The translations under genes were made by a program, and so were the position numbers. Positions 33,892 through 43,443 of a stretch of DNA of 46,113 nucleotides are shown one piece after another; the stretch's first letter is position 1; every line of letters starts with the position of its first letter. The stretch is taken from the IMG/VR virus record IMGVR_UViG_3300017903_000263, positions 1 to 46,113 of that record. One strand, given 5' to 3'. The notes beneath the pieces are model-generated. The model was not told the DNA's origin, searched no databases, and worked only from the letters and a program-made list of their open reading frames with translations. Source of the DNA: a virus (Duplodnaviria > Caudoviricetes).

Positions 33892-34364
33892 TAGTTTCCA
33901 TTAATAAATCTTTCCCATTCAATCGCATTTTTCACATGGTAGTTGCGAGCAGAAACCTGCTTCAGTACATGATCAAGATAGTTGAGCATCATGTCGATGT
34001 ACTTTACTTTTGCTTCGATGTTGATAATGTCCTCATCAGCATCTAGATAGACCCTCATCTTTTCAGATGTCTTGATACTAGACCCAAAAGGTTTTTCGGC
34101 GTAGACTTTTGCTTCTGCCTCCCCGCCGTAATATTCTCGTTTTTCCTTGAGGGTTTTTCTCAGTTCAAATTCTAGACTGGTCTTTACCTGTGAAAGATCC
34201 GTGTAATGGTTTAAGTATTTATTATGCAAGAAAGGGATCTCCATTGAGATCTTTCCCAAGTCAGTTGTATACTGCTTGTTACGGAACTCGTGCTCTACGT
34301 GACTATCTTCTCTCCACTCTTTCTTGATGCGTTCAAACAGATGATGTAGTTTTTCAAAGTTCAT
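33891..34364 (-). CDS. uvsY: Recombination mediator UvsY
   Basis: IPFLHNKYL, EYYGG, RNYHVKNAIEW; synteny with uvsW. Confidence 0.88.
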   Translation of the reverse strand: MNFEKLHHLFERIKKEWREDSHVEHEFRNKQYTTDLGKISMEIPFLHNKYLNHYTDLSQVKTSLEFELRKTLKEKREYYGGEAEAKVYAEKPFGSSIKTSEKMRVYLDADEDIINIEAKVKYIDMMLNYLDHVLKQVSARNYHVKNAIEWERFINGN

Positions 34365-34867
34365 GCATTAGATGTGGTTCTGATTTTAAATTCAGTATAC
34401 TTGAACGTGACCTGTGCCGTAAAGTATTCTGTGTCAGTTTGTGTAGCGTCCATGGTCAACCCAGTAAGTGCCACTGGGAACAGACGCTCGAAACTAATAA
34501 TGTGATTCACATTGTAATGTGATGTGGTGATAAACAATTCTCCTTGAGAAAATTCAATCTCATCAGAAGAATGCTCTTCCGCGCCACCATTCTTTCTAAT
34601 CCAGTCGTATACGCTCTTGTAGTTTACAAGGTCTTCATCGACGATAAACTGCAGAGTGAGGTCTCCATAGGTAACGCCCCCTCCAGGGGTCACAGGGAAG
34701 GATCTGAAGCGTGTAGGAACCTCTGTGAAGGGCATCTGGATCTCTGGGATGCCTGCAGATTGGCAGAAAAAATCTACCCCCTCAAAGAGTTCCAGTTTGA
34801 GCTGGAACCCCAACGGAGATAGAAAGTTTCTATTAGTAGGTTGTTCTTTGTACCAACTAGCAGGCAT
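34361..34867 (-). CDS. gp3: Tail completion / sheath stabilizer (T4 gp3)
   Basis: NRNFLSPLGF, YGDLTLQFIVDEDLVNY, AQVTFKY. Confidence 0.88.
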   Translation of the reverse strand: MPASWYKEQPTNRNFLSPLGFQLKLELFEGVDFFCQSAGIPEIQMPFTEVPTRFRSFPVTPGGGVTYGDLTLQFIVDEDLVNYKSVYDWIRKNGGAEEHSSDEIEFSQGELFITTSHYNVNHIISFERLFPVALTGLTMDATQTDTEYFTAQVTFKYTEFKIRTTSNA

Positions 34868-34892
34868 AGTATGTCAGCTTCCCAAGCACTAC

Positions 34893-34899
34893 TATTTAG
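34893..34899 (-). promoter_or_regulatory. Late promoter CTAAATA
   Basis: 26 nt upstream of the gp3 ATG. Confidence 0.6.
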
Positions 34900-35027
34900 T
34901 CGTTGGGTTCGTAGAGTGGACAAGGTTCTTCCATCAACACTTCGTTCTTTGCTTTGTCGATACGTTCTTTAAGCAACTCTTTGTTGTCTTGATCAAAGAA
35001 ATCATCAATGAAATCTAAGTCTTTCAT
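34896..35027 (-). CDS. Small acidic hypothetical protein (43 aa), not in the ORF track
   Basis: MKDLDFIDDFFDQDNKELLKERIDKAKNEVLMEEPCPLYEPND*; ATGA overlap with the upstream ORF. Confidence 0.6.
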   Translation of the reverse strand: MKDLDFIDDFFDQDNKELLKERIDKAKNEVLMEEPCPLYEPND

Positions 35028-35194
35028 TCGCGGTACTCTTGAAGGATGTCTAGAACTCGGTTGAGAGCATCATGTGCCCCTGCTTTCTTCTCGTCGGAGA
35101 AGCAGTTGAACATGTCAGTGCTATCATATAGAGCAGTCTTGAGTTTGTAAACTCTGGTTTGAATCTCTTGTTTGTTCACATGTCCTCTCGGCAT
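35024..35194 (-). CDS. Small hypothetical protein (56 aa)
   Basis: Start MPRGHVNK downstream of the gp23 terminator. Confidence 0.65.
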   Translation of the reverse strand: MPRGHVNKQEIQTRVYKLKTALYDSTDMFNCFSDEKKAGAHDALNRVLDILQEYRE

Positions 35195-35223
35195 GGGTTT
35201 GCTTCCATCATACACGTATGTAT

Positions 35224-35252
35224 AAAAAAAGGGGACCCTGTTGGGGTCCCCT
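35224..35252 (-). terminator. gp23 terminator
   Basis: AGGGGACCC-CAACA-GGGTCCCCT followed by a T run. Confidence 0.9.
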
Positions 35253-35273
35253 GACATTCCGTAGAATCCAATA

Positions 35274-36680
35274 TCACATGAGGTTGGTGACTTGGACGCG
35301 ACGATAGTACATGTTCGCATTTGCGGTGAGGGTTTCGCCATCGGGGGTGCCGTCGTAAGCGCCGTTGGTGGTGACGAATGGGTTGCTGACCATGCCGTAA
35401 CGAGTCTTGAAACCAATTTTTGGTTGGAAGTTGTTAGGATCGATCGAGCGAACCATCTGGAGGGGAACATATGGGCAGTAGAATAGACCTGCGTCATATG
35501 GGGAGGTGCCCTTGTAACCTACGACATAGTAGTGCTTGTCGCTGAGGTTAGCAGCATAAGGATCAACATAGACCTTGATGCGTCCGTTGATGGTGCCAAC
35601 TGCGAGGTTGCCAGTGTCATCAACTGTACCGATTGCAGGACCGCCTGCACCAGTTAGACCGCTGCTGTAGTCGAGAACGCCTGCCATTGCGAGTGCGGAT
35701 GCAACGTCAGCAGAGCAGATCAGGAAGTTGCCCTTTCCTCTACGAGTCTCTTGTGCGATTGCGTTGCAGTCGCGCTCGATTTGGAAGAGAAGTCCCTTGA
35801 ATTTCTCAACAGACCAACGACCATTGCTGTCAACGTCGAGGTCGAAGATACCAGCGTTAGCAACGTTGTTTGCAGCACGAGGCTTAGCAACGCTGTATAC
35901 GCGACGGACGACTTCGCGGTTGATTTCTGCGAGAACTTCGCTAGACAGGATGTTAGCGAGTTCTTGCTCAGCATCAAGACCATGAATCGCCTTGAGGTCT
36001 TGTGCCAGTTCCAAGGTGTACTCAGCTTTGAGTGCTCTGGACTTAGCAGTCACAGAGGTCTTCTCGATGCTGAAGGACATCTCGCGGAACAGCTTACCAG
36101 CATCGCCAGCTTGCTCAAGATCTTCGCGAGAGAAACCACGGGGAACCTCGTAGGTGCCAGGGGAGGAATCGTTGAGGAGTGCAGGGTTGTTACCTTCTGC
36201 ATCGCCACCAACACCAGCGCCTGTTCTAGGAGTATATGCGCCTGTGGTTGCATCGAGACCTGCAGTGAATCCTGCATCGGGCTCGTTGAAGAGTGCCTCT
36301 TCTCCGCCCTGGTTCTCGTAGCGGGAACGCATTGCGAAAATCAGACCAGTAGGACCGCTCATGGGTTGAACGCCACAAACGTCATATGCCATCAGGTTAG
36401 GCATTGCGCGACGAACGAGGCTGATCAGAACGGGGTCGAAACCAGCGAGACCTGCGGTGTTGCTAGATCCGAGAGCGGATCCTGCAGGAGATACAGTACC
36501 AGCGCCGAGGCTGTTGACTGCAACTTCGTTAAGCATTCCACGCTCTTCGCGTAGGAAGCGTTCTTGGTTTTCCAGGAGAACAGAGGTCACTGCCTTCTTA
36601 TAGCGATCAGCAATAGGAGTAGCTGCTTCGTTATTCAGAACAGGGGACCACTTTTCCTGGAGAGATTCTGCGTTAAACAT
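35274..36680 (-). CDS. gp23: Major capsid protein (T4 gp23)
   Basis: EKWSPVL, LLENQE, GVQPMSGPTGLIFAMR, KSRALKAEYT, FYCPYVPL, GFKTRYG. Confidence 0.99.
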   Translation of the reverse strand: MFNAESLQEKWSPVLNNEAATPIADRYKKAVTSVLLENQERFLREERGMLNEVAVNSLGAGTVSPAGSALGSSNTAGLAGFDPVLISLVRRAMPNLMAYDVCGVQPMSGPTGLIFAMRSRYENQGGEEALFNEPDAGFTAGLDATTGAYTPRTGAGVGGDAEGNNPALLNDSSPGTYEVPRGFSREDLEQAGDAGKLFREMSFSIEKTSVTAKSRALKAEYTLELAQDLKAIHGLDAEQELANILSSEVLAEINREVVRRVYSVAKPRAANNVANAGIFDLDVDSNGRWSVEKFKGLLFQIERDCNAIAQETRRGKGNFLICSADVASALAMAGVLDYSSGLTGAGGPAIGTVDDTGNLAVGTINGRIKVYVDPYAANLSDKHYYVVGYKGTSPYDAGLFYCPYVPLQMVRSIDPNNFQPKIGFKTRYGMVSNPFVTTNGAYDGTPDGETLTANANMYYRRVQVTNLM

Positions 36681-36720
36681 TTTGTCTCCGAGTTTTTTTG
36701 TTAGGAAATGTGGATAGTAT

Positions 36721-36727
36721 TATTTAT
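36721..36727 (-). promoter_or_regulatory. Late promoter of gp23 (ATAAATA)
   Basis: Intergenic, upstream of the GGAG SD. Confidence 0.8.
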
Positions 36728-36731
36728 GAAA

Positions 36732-37916
36732 TCACTGATTCCAGCGGGACATAGCATTGATGTACGCTGCCATTGATGGAGATACATCTTCGGTGCTACC
36801 CTCTACTGGAGTTTCATCTGCAACTTCTGCTTTGGTTACCGACTCCTTAGTGAAGTAGGATTCCTTGATGGTGGTGAGTTTCTTCGAGAATTCTTCCTCA
36901 GTGGTGTACTCAACGCCCTCAGCAAGAGAAGCGAGTTTTTCTTTCTGAGTATCAGCAAGACCTTCGGAAACTAGGTTTACGATGACCTGCTTGGATGACT
37001 CATCCAGACGATTTTGAAGTTCAATATTAGCCTTAACCTGTTCGTTGAGGCGTTCCTCCATCTTACAAAGATCTTCGCTCAGTCCTTCGAGAACGTCAAC
37101 TTTCTCGTCGGGGACTGCAATATAATGCTCTTCAAAGAGATTCTTCAGACCTACAATGAAGTCCTCGGTAATCTCATTTCTGATACCGCGATCAACATTG
37201 ACTTGATTTTCTTCAAGCCACTTGTTGACTGCGTAGTTGAGGGTTCCGTTAACTTCTTCAGCGAGTTCCTTCTTGGAAGCTTCAACTGCTTCGTTAACTT
37301 GTGCTGCAAAACCTTCTTCTAGTTTCGCCCACTCTTCGTTAAGGCGAGAAGTTACAGCAGCCTCAAAAATTGTCTTTGCCTTAGCAGCAAAGTCTTCGGT
37401 GAGTTCGGTGCCCTCGGTTAGAGCAGCAACGTCTGCACTCATGTCTACCGACTCAAACTTAGGTTTGATGGGGTAGGTTACGCTACCACCTTCCTTGGTT
37501 CCGTAAGCAATCTCGCTACCAAACTTAGGAGCGGTGCCGTTAGGAAGGTCGGTGTTGCTTGCGCCACGGTTAGGTTCGCCAGAGATGCCACCACCAATAG
37601 GAGCAGCAGCCTTAGCACCAGGATTCTCGTCGCCATCCTCATCATGCTCATGAGGAGTTGTGGTTACGCTGTTGACTTCCTGTGGTGCTTTTTGTCCAAT
37701 TGCAACGCCAGGTTGAATTGGTGCAGCGTGTCCTGTTGCGCCTTCACCTGCTGCTGCTTTTGCATTAACAGCGGTGTTGGACTGACCTGAGGCAGCAGCA
37801 TCGCCAGGGAGCACAGCAGCAGTCACTGTAGGCATTGGATCTTGACCTGCCTCAGCGAGGACAGCCGCGTGCTCACTAGCAAACTCCTCAAATTTTTCGT
37901 TAAGCATATCTGACAT
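36732..37916 (-). CDS. gp22: Prohead core scaffold protein (T4 gp22)
   Basis: AKTIFEAAV, LKNLFEEHYI, KLASLAEGVE, IKESYF; position between gp21 and gp23. Confidence 0.92.
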   Translation of the reverse strand: MSDMLNEKFEEFASEHAAVLAEAGQDPMPTVTAAVLPGDAAASGQSNTAVNAKAAAGEGATGHAAPIQPGVAIGQKAPQEVNSVTTTPHEHDEDGDENPGAKAAAPIGGGISGEPNRGASNTDLPNGTAPKFGSEIAYGTKEGGSVTYPIKPKFESVDMSADVAALTEGTELTEDFAAKAKTIFEAAVTSRLNEEWAKLEEGFAAQVNEAVEASKKELAEEVNGTLNYAVNKWLEENQVNVDRGIRNEITEDFIVGLKNLFEEHYIAVPDEKVDVLEGLSEDLCKMEERLNEQVKANIELQNRLDESSKQVIVNLVSEGLADTQKEKLASLAEGVEYTTEEEFSKKLTTIKESYFTKESVTKAEVADETPVEGSTEDVSPSMAAYINAMSRWNQ

Positions 37917-37958
37917 TTGAGTTTCCCCGTGTGTTCGTTATTGATTTAATCTATAGTT

Positions 37959-37965
37959 TATTTAT
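37959..37965 (-). promoter_or_regulatory. Late promoter of gp22 (ATAAATA)
   Basis: Intergenic. Confidence 0.75.
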
Positions 37966-37977
37966 GAATTTAATTTA

Positions 37978-38622
37978 TTAGAGCGCGGAAAGGAATTTCT
38001 CAAATGCTCTAAGGGTCTTTTCTTCCAGCGCAATGCGAGAAGAGGTGTCGATCTCGGTCTTAATCTGAGCAATTTCTTGCTCTTTCAAAATGCCGTTATC
38101 CCAGACCCACTCTTTACCTTCCATGATGCCATTAACAAAAGCATCAGGTGCGGAAGGATCAGCAACGATGTCTGCTGCGGTAGCAAGCATGAAATCGTCC
38201 ATAACATAGGATGCACTTTCCTGTCGGTCGATGCTACCCATGCCTCTAGACGAGACACCTAGTTTGACTCCTTCATCCAGAAGGTTTCTTGCGATGTTGC
38301 CCATGGGAGTAGCAAGAATTTGTGCCTTGCCCATGAAGTTTGTTCCTTCTGCCTTCAGTGATGTGATGCGGTGAGACACACGATCAAGGTTGACAGTAGG
38401 ACCATCAGGGTGACCAAGTTCTCCTAGAGCACGACCAGTTTTGATGTACTCTTCGTTGTAACGACCGACTTCTTTTTCCAATACGGAGAAAGGATAGATA
38501 CGTCCGTTACGATTCTTGATCTCAGACTGCAGAAAGACACCTTCGATATACAGGTGCTTCTTGCCATCCTTTTCTTCGGTAAGAATCTGGATATCTTCGA
38601 TGTTTTCTGTGATTAGTCTCAT
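37978..38622 (-). CDS. gp21: Prohead protease (T4 gp21)
   Basis: MRLITE, NRNGRIY, GELGHP, GVSSRGMGS, DIVADPSAPDA. Confidence 0.97.
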   Translation of the reverse strand: MRLITENIEDIQILTEEKDGKKHLYIEGVFLQSEIKNRNGRIYPFSVLEKEVGRYNEEYIKTGRALGELGHPDGPTVNLDRVSHRITSLKAEGTNFMGKAQILATPMGNIARNLLDEGVKLGVSSRGMGSIDRQESASYVMDDFMLATAADIVADPSAPDAFVNGIMEGKEWVWDNGILKEQEIAQIKTEIDTSSRIALEEKTLRAFEKFLSAL

Positions 38623-38804
38623 TCTTCTTCTGGTGATGGTTCGTCAAAGAAAGTGTTAGCGACAACTTTTTTATAGTCGTCCATACTTTGTGACGCTTTC
38701 GCGTACAAAATGTCGGAGATTTTGTCAAGAGCATCCGCTCTCTTCTTATCCCCGATCAAATTAACAATGTCCAATACTTCAGACTCTAAAGGTTGATCAC
38801 TCAT
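38619..38804 (-). CDS. Small prohead core protein (gp67/68-like position)
   Basis: Acidic 61-aa ORF between gp20 and gp21 with its own late promoter. Confidence 0.6.
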   Translation of the reverse strand: MSDQPLESEVLDIVNLIGDKKRADALDKISDILYAKASQSMDDYKKVVANTFFDEPSPEEE

Positions 38805-38824
38805 GCTAATGTGTTGAAGTCTAA

Positions 38825-40504
38825 TTATTTATCAGTTTTAGATGCGGAAGGTTTAGGAGCAGCTGCCAATTTCTTCATTTCTCTTTCCGCAGCAGCATCT
38901 GCTTCCGCAGATTGAAGTTCAGGTTGGAATGCCTTGTTCTGTTGCTCCAAGTCAGTAAGCATATTTACTTGGACAGGATCAATTGCCATTCCGCTATCGA
39001 TGTCATTCTGCATTTGAGCATCGATTTCCTTATATTCATTCTCAGTTTGCATAAGAATCTTACGGCGGATGTATTCTGTGGAGAAATACTTACCAACGAA
39101 AGGATCCATCTGAGTAGCGAGAGTGATGCGCTGCATCATCATCTCTTGTTCTTTCAGTTCATTGAAGTGGTTGTCAAACAGGAAGTCATATTGGATATGC
39201 TCTTCCATGTCATCCCAATCTTCGGGAGTGATGATACCCTTAAGAATCAGTTGAGTCTTGAGAATGTCATGGAACAACTGACTGAAACGCTTGCGGAGAC
39301 GACCGATAAATTTTGTGAACTTTAGTTCATCACGTAAGATCTCAGTAGACTTACCAAGATTGAAAGCTTTGTTATCGTCAGTAAGACGAGAAGGAGGTAG
39401 ATTAAGCGAGTTGTAAAGTTTCTTTTTAAAATACTCCACATCCTTGAGTTCGCCAAGGTTTTGTCCTCCTGGGAGAGTAGTGATTTCTGTTCCGCGTCCA
39501 CCTTCACGACGTGGCAACCAGAAGTCTTCAAGCATAGACATATGCTTTTTGTCGTCACGGATCTCTCCAGTCTGACCATCGTAAACTAGTTTGTTACGAT
39601 AACGACTCATAACATCACGAAGATATTGTTCTGCCTTTACCTTAGGTAGATTACCAACATCAATGTAGAAGATGCGACGTTCTGGTGCGCGAGATAGTCT
39701 GTAGATAACAAGAGAGTCTTCAATCATACGGAGTTGATTGAGAGACTTGATTGCTTTGTGTAGGAAACTCAACGACATTTTTTTGTTGAGATCCATCAAA
39801 CCAGAAGTAGATTGTGCGATAGCATCCGCAGCAATCTTAACTCCTTCTTGGTTTGTCCAGTCCATTGCTCCAGTAACCATTGGAGTTTGACCTGCAAATC
39901 CTTTTGGGTTGTAGAGATAGAACTCGATGTAATCGCCGTAATCATATTGAAGTGCGGATCCTTTTTCCTGCTCGGTTTTGTTTGGATCTGTACCTTTAAG
40001 TTTCTGTCTAACTTTTCTGATCTTGAGGGAATCGATGTAACGAAGTTCTAAGATTCCTTTCTTTGGTTTGTCAAGATCAATTACTTTGTGGTAGTGACAT
40101 TTGCCATCAACATACCAGTTGCGAATAATTTCATGTGCATTCGTATTGAAGTCCATCATACGCAAAATATGATTGAACTCTTCGCGGATTTTTTTCTTAA
40201 CACCCGCCCCAACTTGTAGATTCTGTAGGTCAACCTCTACGGGTTTGTCGTCACCATCATTAACAACAAACTCATTCACAATTTCATCGATGGCAGTATC
40301 CACTTCAGGATGAAGGGACATGTCACGATATCTGCGAATGAGTTCGTACTCGTTTCTTGAATTTTGTCCACCAGACGTATCAACATATGTACCAAAATAT
40401 CCGCCAGCAACAGTACTGACGGATGCCTCATTGTTAGGAGGGACAGGGGACTGACCCTTCTGACCCTCCTTCTTATTAATAATAAAACCAAATAGTTGAC
40501 TCAT
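38825..40504 (-). CDS. gp20: Portal vertex protein (T4 gp20)
   Basis: IYRLSRAPERRIFYIDVGNLP, EDFWLPRREGGRGTEITTLPGG. Confidence 0.98.
   Translation of the reverse strand: MSQLFGFIINKKEGQKGQSPVPPNNEASVSTVAGGYFGTYVDTSGGQNSRNEYELIRRYRDMSLHPEVDTAIDEIVNEFVVNDGDDKPVEVDLQNLQVGAGVKKKIREEFNHILRMMDFNTNAHEIIRNWYVDGKCHYHKVIDLDKPKKGILELRYIDSLKIRKVRQKLKGTDPNKTEQEKGSALQYDYGDYIEFYLYNPKGFAGQTPMVTGAMDWTNQEGVKIAADAIAQSTSGLMDLNKKMSLSFLHKAIKSLNQLRMIEDSLVIYRLSRAPERRIFYIDVGNLPKVKAEQYLRDVMSRYRNKLVYDGQTGEIRDDKKHMSMLEDFWLPRREGGRGTEITTLPGGQNLGELKDVEYFKKKLYNSLNLPPSRLTDDNKAFNLGKSTEILRDELKFTKFIGRLRKRFSQLFHDILKTQLILKGIITPEDWDDMEEHIQYDFLFDNHFNELKEQEMMMQRITLATQMDPFVGKYFSTEYIRRKILMQTENEYKEIDAQMQNDIDSGMAIDPVQVNMLTDLEQQNKAFQPELQSAEADAAAEREMKKLAAAPKPSASKTDK
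38826..38832 (-). promoter_or_regulatory. Late promoter ATAAATA
   Basis: Overlaps the gp20 stop codon. Confidence 0.65.
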
Positions 40505-40532
40505 CAGTCGAAAACAGATCTATTCCTAGAAC

Positions 40533-40539
40533 TATTTAT
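40533..40539 (-). promoter_or_regulatory. Late promoter of gp20 (ATAAATA)
   Basis: Directly after the gp19 stop. Confidence 0.7.
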
Positions 40540-41147
40540 CAACCTTCAACTAGACGCTGATCGCCAACGCCAGACTTGACGCCACTGACGCCTGTCTGTG
40601 ATGTTCCAGCAACTGCCTTCCAGTATGTATACTGGAATTCAACTGTGAACTCTTCGATCTGATCATTGCTGTCATAAGCAAGATCGATCTGAGAAACATT
40701 GGTTGGGAATGCATAGTATAGTTCATACTGACGGAGAACTTCACCATCTGTAGAACCATTCTTCTCTAGTTGCTTGACCTTCATGGTTCTGGTGTAACCA
40801 TCAGTCTCACTTGGTGTGAACAGAGGAGCAGTGTTGCCCTCATGTGTGTTCATCGATGCCAACCACTGCTCGAAGTATCCACGGATCTTCATTTCCTTAT
40901 CGTTGAAGAAGGTTGCAGTCCATGTATCGAAGGTGCGATCACCAGCGATCTTAACTGTTCTTCCACGGAAAGGAACTTCAATTACACCCAGGTTGGATGC
41001 AGGAAGTGCTGCCGACTTGCATAGCAGGTTGACCATATCCTTCTCAGAATCTGCAGTCTGGTCAGGGAATGTGATATCAACCATAAACATATTAGGCTTG
41101 ACGCCTTGACCGATATCACCGATAAAGTTGCTTAACTTAGTTGCCAT
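40539..41147 (-). CDS. gp19: Tail tube protein (T4 gp19)
   Basis: LPASNLGVIEVPFRGR, AGDRTFDTW, IEEFTVEFQY. Confidence 0.96.
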   Translation of the reverse strand: MATKLSNFIGDIGQGVKPNMFMVDITFPDQTADSEKDMVNLLCKSAALPASNLGVIEVPFRGRTVKIAGDRTFDTWTATFFNDKEMKIRGYFEQWLASMNTHEGNTAPLFTPSETDGYTRTMKVKQLEKNGSTDGEVLRQYELYYAFPTNVSQIDLAYDSNDQIEEFTVEFQYTYWKAVAGTSQTGVSGVKSGVGDQRLVEG

Positions 41148-41192
41148 TGTTTTCTTTTAACCTCGTTTGATGTTTGTTATGGAACTTTAAAA

Positions 41193-43130
41193 TCAGCGAC
41201 CTACAACTTCACTGAAGGTAACTCCAGTCTTGGTTGCAGTGAATGTAACTGTGATATAGTTAATCGAGCGTGTTGGTTTTACATAAACCTCAGCAACGAA
41301 TTCGTTGCGATCAATAACGTCAGCAGTGTTGTTAGACTCGTCGCAAACTACGAGGTAATCGGTGACGCCTCTACGTGCTTGAACCTCAGCGAGGTAAGAG
41401 TTAAGAGCGGTAGCGAAACCAGATCTTGTGGTTGCATCGTTCTGCTCGAACAGGACGCCTTCAGCAAGTCTGCGTGCTCTCTTCTCAAGGTTGAGGAAGA
41501 GACGACGAACGTTGATACGATCGAATGCAGAAGGTGCTGCAAGTGCAGTCTTATCGCCAAACAAGGTGATACCTTGACCACGCAAAGCGGTGATTGGGTT
41601 GATGCGGTTCTGATACAACTCGTCTCTGTCTGCCTTGTTAGGATTGTAAGCAAGTTTGACAGCATTCAGAATGCCACCACGATTCAAACCAGCAGGGGAG
41701 TACCAGTCTTCTTGAACGTTAGAGGTTGCTACACAAAGACCAGCAACGTCTCCGTTGCAAGGAATGTAGCGATACTTATCGTTGAAGCGATCATAAACAT
41801 ACTTGTAACCACTATCAAATACAGCATAAGAAGTGGAAGTTAGACCACTGAAGAATGCTAGTGTATTCTCCTTTTGCTGTGTGCTTGTTAGAGCAGTATT
41901 TCCAGAGGTTGCAATCTGGTTGCCTTTGTGTGGAGAAACAAATGCGATTGCATCCTTTCTTCCAGCAGCAATTGTGATTGCCTTGGTTGCTTTTGCCTTG
42001 GTATCGGTCTCGCTCGCCATGGATCCACCCATGAGAACGAAATCGATCTCGGTCTCTTCGGTATCGAGAAAGAGATCCATTGCAGCACCAAACTGACCAG
42101 AGGTATAACCAGCACCATCAGCACCATGCTCTAGTGCATCGTTGAATCCACCAACTCTTGCCATGACTCCAGTTACAGCAGAGGTTAGTTGACCCCATGC
42201 TTCGCCACCCATATTTGCATCAACGGTAGGAGCATCACCTGTAAACAGGTATTCAGATTGATTATTGATTACAGACTTGTAGTAGATGTTAGCGTTCTCT
42301 TCGCTGGTTGCATCAGAAATTTTGGAGAGATAAGTGAACTTCTCTACAATTGTATTAGCAGTACCAGAGATTTCTCCAGTAGTATCGATAACTGCGAAGT
42401 GAACAGCATCTGCAGATGCACCATTGTCAAGTGCGTGCTGAGTGGAAGTAGGACGAGGAGCAATGTCGCTCAGTTTGATTCCTGTAGATCCAATCTCAGT
42501 ATTGAGATACCAGTCTTTTACTGTAGTTAGACCGACTGTAGCACCACCATCTGTTAGCGTTGCAGCAGAAGTTAGTGTTCCAGAAGCAGTAATTACTAGT
42601 GCATCCTCATCACCAGAAATAACTGTTCCAGTAACACCATTGCTGAAAGTGAGGGAATCTCCAGCATTGATTGTGATGTTAGCGGGAGTAGATGCAAGAT
42701 CGAGAATGTAATCAGGACCTTGGTCAACCAAAACTCCCAGAAGGGCATTACCCCATGCGCCAGATGTTCTTGCAGCGAAGACTTCCGAGTTTCCAGCACC
42801 TGCCATCCATGCGGCTTCTGTTGGAATTGCAGCTCCTGCGCTTCCTGTGGTAGCATTTAGAGCACCAGTGCTTTCTGCACGAACAACAGCAAGTCTGCCG
42901 CCGTAGTTTAGAAACTCATTTGCAACCAACCAATCTTCTGCATTAGCTTCGGTAGGTCCACCGAAAACAGAAATTAGTTCTTTTTGTGTATTGATATTAA
43001 CGATTTCACCGATTGGTCCCTTAGTAAACGAAGAGGCGTGAGCAGCACGAATCTGCAGCACACCTGTCACGACAGCATTGGTAAGGTCACGCTCTTTAAT
43101 TAAAACTCCAGGCGAGACTTGACTTGCCAT
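41193..43130 (-). CDS. gp18: Tail sheath protein (T4 gp18)
   Basis: SPGVLIKERD, WYSPAG, FDRINVRRLF, KPTRSINYI. Confidence 0.97.
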   Translation of the reverse strand: MASQVSPGVLIKERDLTNAVVTGVLQIRAAHASSFTKGPIGEIVNINTQKELISVFGGPTEANAEDWLVANEFLNYGGRLAVVRAESTGALNATTGSAGAAIPTEAAWMAGAGNSEVFAARTSGAWGNALLGVLVDQGPDYILDLASTPANITINAGDSLTFSNGVTGTVISGDEDALVITASGTLTSAATLTDGGATVGLTTVKDWYLNTEIGSTGIKLSDIAPRPTSTQHALDNGASADAVHFAVIDTTGEISGTANTIVEKFTYLSKISDATSEENANIYYKSVINNQSEYLFTGDAPTVDANMGGEAWGQLTSAVTGVMARVGGFNDALEHGADGAGYTSGQFGAAMDLFLDTEETEIDFVLMGGSMASETDTKAKATKAITIAAGRKDAIAFVSPHKGNQIATSGNTALTSTQQKENTLAFFSGLTSTSYAVFDSGYKYVYDRFNDKYRYIPCNGDVAGLCVATSNVQEDWYSPAGLNRGGILNAVKLAYNPNKADRDELYQNRINPITALRGQGITLFGDKTALAAPSAFDRINVRRLFLNLEKRARRLAEGVLFEQNDATTRSGFATALNSYLAEVQARRGVTDYLVVCDESNNTADVIDRNEFVAEVYVKPTRSINYITVTFTATKTGVTFSEVVGR

Positions 43131-43167
43131 GTTTTTCTCCTTGGTATGTCCAGTATTAATCTAAAAT

Positions 43168-43174
43168 TATTTAT
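43168..43174 (-). promoter_or_regulatory. Late promoter of gp18 (ATAAATA)
   Basis: Intergenic, upstream of the AAGGAG SD. Confidence 0.75.
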
Positions 43175-43215
43175 TATTTTGAACTCTTTAAGTGGGGAAA
43201 CAATGCATGAACACA

Positions 43216-43443
43216 CTACCAGTCTGGATAGTCATTTTTTGAAGGCGTGTCGTTTTTTCTTGAGTTCATGACACGCTTTATGGTGCAATCTTTGCACTCA
43301 TATGAATATGATGATGGCAAGTCACCCCTAGTTCTTCTTATCAAATAATAATCTTCTAAAAGATTTTTTGTAGTATGACACGTTCTACACTTCCTTTCCC
43401 TTAAAAATAAGTGTTCTAATTTGAACTGATCATCTAAATCCAT
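43216..43443 (-). CDS. Small Zn-finger hypothetical protein
   Basis: CRTC...YSYECKDC; start MDLDDQF coupled to the gp17 stop (TAATG). Confidence 0.75.
   Translation of the reverse strand: MDLDDQFKLEHLFLRERKCRTCHTTKNLLEDYYLIRRTRGDLPSSYSYECKDCTIKRVMNSRKNDTPSKNDYPDW

Noticed and set aside
35024-35497. 157-aa ORF overlapping the gp23 3' end
   Set aside because: It crosses the gp23 terminator; only the portion from the ATG at 35194 is plausible
35751-36554. 267-aa plus-strand ORF antisense to gp23
   Set aside because: Shadow ORF expected from the strong codon bias of a highly expressed gene; no SD, promoter or recognisable motifs
37440-37916. Long low-complexity N-terminal extension of gp22 as a novelty
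   Set aside because: Acidic, Ala/Gly-rich variable N-termini are ordinary for T4-like scaffold proteins
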